Assembly (NCBI GenBank): GCA_043817315.1
Contig: JBDRGY010000013.1
Coordinates: forward strand, 8,663 to 72,662
Direction: 5' to 3'
Length of the DNA stretch: 64,000 bases
From: Patescibacteria group bacterium
GTDB taxonomy: Bacteria > Patescibacteriota > Patescibacteriia > JBDRGY01
The notes under the pieces were generated by a model. It ran no database searches and was not told where the DNA came from. It saw only the letters and a list, made by a program, of their open reading frames with translations. The position numbers were made by a program, and so were the translations under genes. Below are positions 56,735 through 64,000 of the stretch, one piece after another; position 1 is the first letter of the stretch, and each line of letters begins with the position of its first letter.

Positions 56735-59656
56735 TCAAACCACCCTATCATCACATATCTCTTTGAAATCACAGTAGCGGCATTTAAAAACAGAAGGAGT
56801 GGCTTTAAAGTCTGATTGGTAAATCTTCTGAGCTGTGTCTTTAATTCTTTCTGTGACTGCGTTGATATCCTCTTCGGTGGGAGAAACGGAAAATTTCTGA
56901 TTGCCCTCTAAGTAATAAAAAGATAATAACCCGGCCTCTTCCGATAGGGCTTGTTCAGCAGCCATGGCATAAATAAATAGTTGTTCATAATCAACATCTT
57001 TCTTAGTTTTGGGCACTCGGCCGGTTTTATAATCTATAATCTCTACTTTATCATCCGGCAATTGATCAACTCGGTCGATAAAACCTCTGATGGAATACTC
57101 TCCTACTTTGATACTGAAACCCTTTTCTAAATATTTGGGCGGGTTATTAAAGAATTTCTTATTGGCTTGGTAATATTGACGCAAAGCTTCTTCCCCGCTC
57201 TTTTTTCTTTGCTCCTCGTGTCTCTTGGAATCATACCAATCATCATACCAGTTGCCGTGGTAAAGCTTGACCAGTTGATCGGCAGATGGTTGCTCCCCGG
57301 CTCGGATCTTATCGTAGAAATCCTTCAGAGCCCCATGAATACTCTTGCCAAAGGAAAAAGAATGTCGGCCCGAAACTGGTATCTTTAAGATATGGGCAAA
57401 CTTGTACTGTTTGGGACAGGTCTCAAAGGCTTTGAGCTGGGTAAAACTCAAACGGGTTGGTAGCTTGATATCAAGAAGCTCTTTGTCCTTTTTGACCTTA
57501 ACCGTGAAATCTTTGGTAAAGGGAAGACTGATTTGTTTTTGTTCATCAGTCTCCACGTATTTTTTTAGGTTAACTTCGGACAGAAACCGGGATGGTCTTT
57601 TCTTCCTGGTCCCTCCGTAATTTTCAGCAAAAGTGAAATACAAACTGGACTTGGCCCTGGTACAGGCTACGTAAAACAATCTTCTTTCTTCCTGTAAATG
57701 AATATCTCCTTCGGGGATTATTTCTTTGACCAATTCATCGGGCAATTCGATGGGATCTCTTCTCTCGGTGGAAGGAAATCTAAGGTCCGCTAAATTACTG
57801 ACGAAAACATTGGCAAATTCCAATCCTTTGGCCCCATGGACTGTCATAATTTTAACCGACTCCGGTCCTTCGTCATAAGCCACTGGGGCTGGATCCTCGC
57901 CGATCTCTTGGATTAAGTTTAGTTCCGAAATAAAGCTTTTTACCGATTTATCCTGATGGGCCAACTCAAACTCCTGTACTTTCTTATAGAACTTGGAGAT
58001 ATTTAATATTTTCTCGGCAGTGGTTGAATCCTCATTCTTCTGCAGAAATTCAATCAGGTCAGTATCTTTCAAAAAAGCGTAGACAATCTGGGAAACTGAC
58101 TTGGCCTTGGCTAGGCTGGTGTGTTCCTTTATCATCTTTAAAATCTGGTGCACTGTGCGAACAGTTTTATCAGACAAACCAGAAATAGTTTTACTTCTTT
58201 CCATCGAGGTATACAGGGAAATGTTTTTCTGCTTGGTCCAGTTTAGAAGACGGATGATATCTCTGGTGGCCAGATCAAAAACATCCATGGACAACACCCG
58301 GAACAGAGCCAGACTTTCATGGTAATTATCCAGCATTTTCAAATAACTGATTAGGTCGATTATTTCCGGCTTTTGGTATAAACCGCGGGAGGCCACGAAC
58401 TGATAGGGAACATTTTGATTGGCAAAGGTGTTAATAAAGATGTCAGCCTGGGAATTGGCCCTGACCAATATGGCAAAATCGTTCCAGGTCAGTTTCTTAT
58501 TTTCCTTCTTAAGACGTAAAATCTCTCTGAGCACATTCAAAACCTCTTCCTCGGCAGACTGGGCTTTTAATAATTTAATGATCCCCAGGCCTTTTTGCTG
58601 GGCTGATAACTTTTTGGAGATCTTGGAATGCAACTTTTTGCCTTTCTGGTTTATCTGCTGGCCTGACAACTTGGATTCCAATCGATTGGGATTATTTAGT
58701 TGGATAAACTCGTAAGTCAGATCCAGGATGTTTTGGTTGGACCGGTAGTTTTTTACCAAAACTACTTCCTGAGAATGCGGAAAGTCTTTTTTAAACTCCA
58801 GAATGTTGGAAATGGCCGCTCCTCTGAATTTATAGATGGACTGATCATCGTCTCCGGTCACTGTCAGGTTGTCTAAGGGCTGGGCCAGCATCTTGATCAA
58901 TTCGTACTGGGCAAAATTGGTATCCTGAAATTCGTCAACCAAAATGTATTTAAATTTCTTTTGGTAAAAGTCTAAAATTGACTTTCTCTTTTTAAACAGT
59001 TCTAAAGTTCTAATAATCAAGTCACCAAAATCAAGATTGCCGTCCTTCAATAATAAATCGTTGTAAGTCTTATAGGCTGCAGCCACTTCTACAACTTTGG
59101 CAGCCTCTTCCTTTACCGAAGGTGCAGCGCTTTTGAACTTGGCTGCATTTTTCTTAGCGTAATCCAAATATTCTTTTGGCGAAATGTTTTCGTCTTTAAC
59201 ACGGGAAAAATGCTGGACCAAGGCATAAATAAACTTAGTGGGGTTGCCTAACGGTTTGTAGTATTTTAATTGGAACTTGTCTAAATTCTGGCGTACCAGC
59301 AGCCATTGTTCCGCAGTTGATAAAACTTTGAATCCGGAATTCAAACCGATTTCTATAGCGTGATCTCTTAGTACTCTTTCACCAAAAGCATGAAAAGTAG
59401 ACACCCAGATATCGACATAGCCATAAGGTAGGGCCTTATCTATTCGTTCCTCCATTTCCGAAGCTGCTTTATCGGTAAAAGTTAAGGCCAGTATTTCATC
59501 CGCCTTGGCCTTTTTTTGATCAATCAACCAGGCAATTCTTTGGGTGATCACCGCGGTCTTACCAGTCCCGGCTCCGGCAATAATAAGCAGGGGTCCTTTG
59601 TCAAAAGTAACGGCCTTGGTTTGTTCCGGATTTAAGGTTTTTAAACTGATTTCCAT
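56735..59656 (-). CDS. UvrD/PcrA-like helicase fused to a PD-(D/E)xK nuclease
   Basis: AGAGTGKT; VDEFQD; GDDDQSIY; TVHGAKGLEF; EERRLFYVA; C-terminal GFIDRVD..IIDYKTG and C...CxxC...C. Confidence 0.92.
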   Translation of the reverse strand: MEISLKTLNPEQTKAVTFDKGPLLIIAGAGTGKTAVITQRIAWLIDQKKAKADEILALTFTDKAASEMEERIDKALPYGYVDIWVSTFHAFGERVLRDHAIEIGLNSGFKVLSTAEQWLLVRQNLDKFQLKYYKPLGNPTKFIYALVQHFSRVKDENISPKEYLDYAKKNAAKFKSAAPSVKEEAAKVVEVAAAYKTYNDLLLKDGNLDFGDLIIRTLELFKKRKSILDFYQKKFKYILVDEFQDTNFAQYELIKMLAQPLDNLTVTGDDDQSIYKFRGAAISNILEFKKDFPHSQEVVLVKNYRSNQNILDLTYEFIQLNNPNRLESKLSGQQINQKGKKLHSKISKKLSAQQKGLGIIKLLKAQSAEEEVLNVLREILRLKKENKKLTWNDFAILVRANSQADIFINTFANQNVPYQFVASRGLYQKPEIIDLISYLKMLDNYHESLALFRVLSMDVFDLATRDIIRLLNWTKQKNISLYTSMERSKTISGLSDKTVRTVHQILKMIKEHTSLAKAKSVSQIVYAFLKDTDLIEFLQKNEDSTTAEKILNISKFYKKVQEFELAHQDKSVKSFISELNLIQEIGEDPAPVAYDEGPESVKIMTVHGAKGLEFANVFVSNLADLRFPSTERRDPIELPDELVKEIIPEGDIHLQEERRLFYVACTRAKSSLYFTFAENYGGTRKKRPSRFLSEVNLKKYVETDEQKQISLPFTKDFTVKVKKDKELLDIKLPTRLSFTQLKAFETCPKQYKFAHILKIPVSGRHSFSFGKSIHGALKDFYDKIRAGEQPSADQLVKLYHGNWYDDWYDSKRHEEQRKKSGEEALRQYYQANKKFFNNPPKYLEKGFSIKVGEYSIRGFIDRVDQLPDDKVEIIDYKTGRVPKTKKDVDYEQLFIYAMAAEQALSEEAGLLSFYYLEGNQKFSVSPTEEDINAVTERIKDTAQKIYQSDFKATPSVFKCRYCDFKEICDDRVV

Positions 59657-59680
59657 ACAAAATCATTATAGCATATCCGT

Positions 59681-59709
59681 TTGACAGCTAATGGCTTATT
59701 TGCTAAGTT
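59681..59709 (+). promoter_or_regulatory. sigma70 promoter
   Basis: TTGACA-17 nt (ends TGC)-TAAGTT. Confidence 0.7.
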
Positions 59710-59761
59710 AAACTACTTTTCGCAAAAAACAGATAGCGCTCCTTACAATGGAGGGGTGATA

Positions 59762-60055
59762 ATGCCTCAGTTCGAACTGCAGTTCCAGTTTGTGGCTATG
59801 ATGCAGCCAGATCAGGCTGAAGTGGTAGCAGCACGAATGGAGAAGGTTGTCCCTTTCCCCCACAACACCCAATCCCTGGTCACCAAGGAAGGCAGCAGCT
59901 GCATGATCTGGTTACAGGTTGACGGTCCTTTTTCTGACAATGCCTATGCCACCGATTGGGCCAAAGCGGCCCGGAGAGATATGTTGGCTACCGTTACCGA
60001 AGAAGAAACTGTCGTTCCTCACGTTATCGTGGTGGCCCAGCTCAAGGAGGATTGA
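59762..60055 (+). CDS. hypothetical protein, paralog 1
   Basis: SD GGAGG; MPQFELQFQFVA...DWA. Confidence 0.65.
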   Translation: MPQFELQFQFVAMMQPDQAEVVAARMEKVVPFPHNTQSLVTKEGSSCMIWLQVDGPFSDNAYATDWAKAARRDMLATVTEEETVVPHVIVVAQLKED

Positions 60056-60057
60056 TT

Positions 60058-60387
60058 TTGCCTTTATTCGAGATCCACTGGAAGTTCGTGGCCAACCTGA
60101 CTCCGCATCAAGCCGCCACCGCTGTAGTACTACTGCAACATCGAGTGCCCGAGCTGGCTGATTGCGGGTCAGAAATCACCGATAACCGCGAACCGCCCAA
60201 CCGGATCAAGTTGATCGCTGAATATGAGTGCGACGACCAACAAGCTGCCCAAGATTGGGCTGATCTCATTCAAGGTAAGGTAATCGCGTCAGGAGCCATC
60301 AGCTGCCTCAAGCCTGAATACCGCATGGTAATCAGTGCTCCGAACAAACCTCTACCAAAGGAGGTTCCATGCCCCGCTTCCGGATAA
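60058..60387 (+). CDS. hypothetical protein, paralog 2
   Basis: SD AAGGAGG then TTG at 60058; MPLFEIHWKFVA...DWA. Confidence 0.65.
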   Translation: MPLFEIHWKFVANLTPHQAATAVVLLQHRVPELADCGSEITDNREPPNRIKLIAEYECDDQQAAQDWADLIQGKVIASGAISCLKPEYRMVISAPNKPLPKEVPCPASG

Positions 60388-60443
60388 CCATCAAGTTCTC
60401 TGACCCGATCACTCAAGGTAATACCAGAGATTTCAATGACTAG
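60369..60443 (+). pseudogene. truncated third paralog
   Basis: SD AAGGAGGT; MPRFRITIKFSDPITQGNTRDFND*; terminator at 60452-60479. Confidence 0.45.
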
Positions 60444-60522
60444 TTCTTTCTGCCCTTGGTTAACACCGAGGGCTTTTTTATTTATTAAAAAAACCCGCTT
60501 CCTGACGAAAGCGGGTATGTGA

Positions 60523-61323
60523 TCAAGCGACCAGGGCTGGTTCCAGCCTGGTGCGCATACTGAGACTATGCTCAATCTCAGCAGTTACTTCCTCGATTGC
60601 TATCAGAGGATTGGTGTAGGGATCAATGTCGATCATCAACTGATCAGCCCCCAGGCTCAGGGCAAAAGCCGGGGTCACTAATCCGGTCAGATCAGCATAG
60701 CGCCAACCGGGTTGCACTGGAACGATCTTCTGACAGCCGGCCAAGGCCGTCATCTCGCTCAGGCCGATCAGATCCTGACCAGAGCAGAACAGCTTGGTTA
60801 CCCCTGCCCATTTTGCCTTTAGAGCATAATGCAGGGCCCGAGAACCTGGTTCCTTCCAGGAATAGCCTGTTGTCTTACTGACGCTGAACAGGTCATCATC
60901 GAACAGACCAGGTACCCCTGTATCGACTACCAGGATGCATTCCTGATCTCCCCCCTGAAACTGCCCAGTTGCCCACTCCAGACAAGTTGGGTGCATCTCT
61001 CCGGATACGGCCAGAGCAGCGACATAGTCATTTTCAGCTACTCGACCTACCCAGGTCATGAAATCTCTTGTGTTAGATTGAAGATGTGGGCGGTCGTCGA
61101 TCCAAACCAGCTTACCCAGTTCCCTGATAGCGACCATAAGTTCTCCTGCCAAAGGTTTACGTAATACAGGCAGGGTGTAGGCGTAGTAAGTGTTAACGTG
61201 GATCACGAATCCTGCCACTACCGGCAGATGACCCACGGTTTCCACGATCTGCCGGGCTCGCGAGTAATCGCTCATCAGATGATCCAAGACCACCCAGACC
61301 ATGGAATCGGCTGTTCGGGTCAT
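60523..61323 (-). CDS. degenerate OMP decarboxylase (PyrF)-like TIM barrel
   Basis: VVLD; WIDDRPHLQSNT (cf. FLDLKxHDIPNT); AKWAGVTKLFCS; VTPAFALSLGADQLMI; promoter TTGACC-17-TAAGGT ending at 61393. Confidence 0.6.
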   Translation of the reverse strand: MTRTADSMVWVVLDHLMSDYSRARQIVETVGHLPVVAGFVIHVNTYYAYTLPVLRKPLAGELMVAIRELGKLVWIDDRPHLQSNTRDFMTWVGRVAENDYVAALAVSGEMHPTCLEWATGQFQGGDQECILVVDTGVPGLFDDDLFSVSKTTGYSWKEPGSRALHYALKAKWAGVTKLFCSGQDLIGLSEMTALAGCQKIVPVQPGWRYADLTGLVTPAFALSLGADQLMIDIDPYTNPLIAIEEVTAEIEHSLSMRTRLEPALVA

Positions 61324-61606
61324 TTGTTCCCCCTTTGAAATGAGCATTTTTTAATCGATATTATACCTTATCTTGAGAAAAATAATCGGTCAAGCCCGGT
61401 ATTTACCTAATCTTAGCCAAAAAGCCATATTGAACCTAGAATTGATTAGTCCCAAAAAAAAGCTAATATTAGCTAAAAAACCTGCATTTTTTATCCCCAA
61501 GCCTACCATTGACTTATCCAAAAATGTCTGTATCTTTAAACTAGCCTTTAAATAAAGGGCAAAATCTATCTTTTAACAAAATTTTTTTTATTTTAGATTC
61601 AAAATT

Positions 61607-61915
61607 ATGACTAACCAAATAGACCAAATCCAAAAGACCGAGCAAGAAGCAGAGGCCATCATCAATTCTGCTCATTCTGAAGTTAAGAAAAAAACAGCCG
61701 CTACCAGATCCCAGGGCGAAGAAGGCATCGCCTCCTCAAAGGCCCGTCTGCAAAAAGAAATTACTGATATTGATAAGAAAGCAGAGACAGCCATCAAAAC
61801 TGCCAAAGAAAAAATTGAGGCCGAGGCTAAGAAAGAAATCTCTGCTTTGGATAGAGTAAAACCGGCTGACCTTAGTAAAGCCGTTGATCTAATCGTCAAA
61901 CAAGCTACTAAATAA
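61607..61915 (+). CDS. V/A-type ATPase peripheral stalk subunit G/H
   Basis: I..I.KTEQEAEAII..A coiled coil; AVDLIV; directly before subunit I. Confidence 0.75.
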   Translation: MTNQIDQIQKTEQEAEAIINSAHSEVKKKTAATRSQGEEGIASSKARLQKEITDIDKKAETAIKTAKEKIEAEAKKEISALDRVKPADLSKAVDLIVKQATK

Positions 61916-61940
61916 TTATAAATTGCTAATATCTAATTAA

Positions 61941-63902
61941 ATGGCTCTAGCCGACACCAAAAAGATAATGCTCACTTCCCTGACAAAAAATCAGTCAGCT
62001 ATTTTGGAATTGCTGCACAACGCTGGAGCCGTTCAGATCGAGAACCTCAAAAAAGAAGGTGAGGAATTACAGACTAACCAATACGAATACCAGCAGGCGC
62101 AACTGACTTTTGCTTTAAACCTTTTAGAGAAATACAAAACAGAAAAAACTTCTTTCAAAGATAAACTAGCTGGCAAGATTCCGGTTACGAACCAAGATAT
62201 TGATCATCTGATTAACAATTTCGATTACCTGGACATCGTTAAACAAGTGGAAGATTTGGAAGCTAAACTGAATGAGGCTAAAAGTACCATTGATAAATTA
62301 ACTGAAGAAAATAAATTACTGACCAATTGGATCGGTATTGACTTTGTCCCCCAGGATTACCAAACCAATAAAGTCACAGTGCAATTAGGTGCAGTGGTTT
62401 CCAGCCACTATGAAGAATTTATTCAAAAGATTGGCAATGTAAAAACCGGTGACATCAAAAAGGTATCTGATGATACTAAAGAAACTTACCTGATTGTTAC
62501 TTCGTTAAAAGCTAACGATAAAGATGTTAAACGACTATTGTCCGAATATGATTTTAAACCGGCTCAATTGCCTAAATTGGAAACTTTACCCAAACAGCGA
62601 ATCGAACTGAATGAAAATAATATCAAAGAACAGGACAAAATAATTGAAACCACCGCCAAAGAAATCAAGAAATTAACAAAGCATATTCACCAGTTAAAAA
62701 TCGTTTTCGATTATATCACTTGGAAAAAGGAACAGACTGATCAGCTGAATAGAATGTCAGCTACTAGCAAGACCTTTTCCGTGATGGGCTGGATCGACGC
62801 TGATCACATCAAACTCATAGAAACAGACTTAAAGAAAATTACCAAGGAATACGCTTTAACCGAACTGGAAGTTAAGAAAGAAGAACCCAAGCCGGTTGCT
62901 TTGAAAAATAGTAAAATCCTAAGACCGTTTGAATCAGTTACCAACATTTACGGCATGCCCAAAAGCAGCGAAATCGATCCAACCCCTTTCCTGGCCCCTT
63001 TCTTTATTATCTTTTTCGGCTTGTGTTTAACTGATGCCGGTTACGGAGTTGTTCTTGCCTTACTAGCCTGGGGCATGATCAAAATCATGAAAATCCCCAT
63101 AGAAAACCAGCGATTACTGCGTCTTTTGATCATAGGTGGTATTATTACCTTTATTATCGGAGCGATTTTTGGCGGTTGGTTTGGCCTGGTCCTGGAAGAC
63201 CTGCCTGATTCCATGTCCTTGATCCGAGAGAAGTTAATCAACATCCGCCAGATTAATCCGCTGGAATCCCCTCTGACTGTGATGATGCTTTCTTTTGTTC
63301 TGGGTATTATTCAAGTACTAGTTGGTTTGGGCTTGGATGTTTATTGGAAAATAAAACAAGGTAATAAAAAAGACGGACTGCTCGGTTCTGGAGTCAACTT
63401 TCTGTTCTTGCTAATTATTTTATTCTGGGCTTCTGTCAAATCTGGCCTGCTGCCGGAAGCTATTGGTTCGATCGCTACTTATACCTTGTACGCCGGAGTT
63501 GCTCTGATGATACTAACCCAAGGCCGCAAATCAAAAAATATTGTCCTTAAATTCTTTTCCGGTACTCTAAGCCTTTATAACCTAGTCGGCTTTTTATCTG
63601 ATATTCTCTCTTATTCACGTCTGTTGGCTTTGGGCTTGGCTACCGGTATTATTGCCATGGTGGTAAATTTGGTGGCTATGCTTTTTAAAGATATGATTCC
63701 TTTTGTCGGTTGGGGCGTAGCGGTTTTAATTCTAATTGGCGGCCATCTTTTTAATCTGGCAATTAATACTCTGGGTGCTTTCATCCATTCTGGCCGTTTA
63801 CAATTCGTAGAATTCTTTCCCAAATTTATGGAAGGCGGCGGCACTCGCTTCCAACCGTTTAAGAAGGAAAGTAAATATATAAGGTATAAAGGTGATGCGT
63901 AA
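61941..63902 (+). CDS. V/A-type ATP synthase subunit I
   Basis: EIDPT; DAGYG; LSYSRLLALGLA; HSGRLQFVEFF. Confidence 0.93.
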   Translation: MALADTKKIMLTSLTKNQSAILELLHNAGAVQIENLKKEGEELQTNQYEYQQAQLTFALNLLEKYKTEKTSFKDKLAGKIPVTNQDIDHLINNFDYLDIVKQVEDLEAKLNEAKSTIDKLTEENKLLTNWIGIDFVPQDYQTNKVTVQLGAVVSSHYEEFIQKIGNVKTGDIKKVSDDTKETYLIVTSLKANDKDVKRLLSEYDFKPAQLPKLETLPKQRIELNENNIKEQDKIIETTAKEIKKLTKHIHQLKIVFDYITWKKEQTDQLNRMSATSKTFSVMGWIDADHIKLIETDLKKITKEYALTELEVKKEEPKPVALKNSKILRPFESVTNIYGMPKSSEIDPTPFLAPFFIIFFGLCLTDAGYGVVLALLAWGMIKIMKIPIENQRLLRLLIIGGIITFIIGAIFGGWFGLVLEDLPDSMSLIREKLINIRQINPLESPLTVMMLSFVLGIIQVLVGLGLDVYWKIKQGNKKDGLLGSGVNFLFLLIILFWASVKSGLLPEAIGSIATYTLYAGVALMILTQGRKSKNIVLKFFSGTLSLYNLVGFLSDILSYSRLLALGLATGIIAMVVNLVAMLFKDMIPFVGWGVAVLILIGGHLFNLAINTLGAFIHSGRLQFVEFFPKFMEGGGTRFQPFKKESKYIRYKGDA

Positions 63903-63954
63903 TGAGTAACGCGTAATGCGGGCTTCGCATTACTCATTACCCGTTACGCATTAC
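63892..63954. repeat. inverted array of 7-mer repeats (GTAATGC-like)
   Basis: GTGATGC GTAATGA GTAACGC GTAATGC / GCATTAC TCATTAC CCGTTAC GCATTAC. Confidence 0.75.
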
Positions 63955-63983
63955 GAGTAATAATTAACTAAGGAGATAAAACT

Positions 63984-64000
63984 ATGGAATTCGGAGTCGC
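63984..64000 (+). CDS. probable V/A-ATPase subunit K start (partial)
   Basis: SD AAGGAG then ATG (MEFGV) after subunit I; identity inferred from operon order only. Confidence 0.45.

Overview
This is a chromosomal fragment of a Patescibacteria/CPR bacterium, probably Parcubacteria-like (inferred from gene content), using standard code 11. The AT-rich backbone carries housekeeping genes: rpsB-tsf, rpmE-prfA-prmC, rplY, rodA, dnaE, thrS, miaB/miaA, gatB, thyX/tmk, secE-nusG-rplK/rplA, gyrB, pheST, a UvrD-nuclease fusion and the start of a V/A-ATPase operon. It also has a heliorhodopsin and four intact tRNAs (Trp, Thr-TGT, Tyr, Thr-GGT). Three unusual layers sit on top of this. (1) At 10.0-12.6 kb, three of the four tRNAs have a broken twin filled with short palindromic inserts. 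A tRNA-Trp is split at the anticodon around a GIY-YIG nuclease gene plus a replacement tRNA-Trp, and a complete tRNA-Thr(GGT) is nested inside another tRNA-Thr(GGT) between inverted-repeat arms. (2) At 35.9-38.0 kb there is a tandem array of promoter-structured RNA-terminator units, giving four ncRNA candidates, one with a double pseudoknot, that I cannot assign to known classes. (3) GC-rich solo cassettes are scattered between core genes, each with its own sigma70 promoter, usually a strong Shine-Dalgarno, and a terminator. They encode lipoproteins, a beta-barrel-like protein, two apparent pseudo-enzymes and tandem paralogs. All calls were made by eye; no database searches or folding programs were run.
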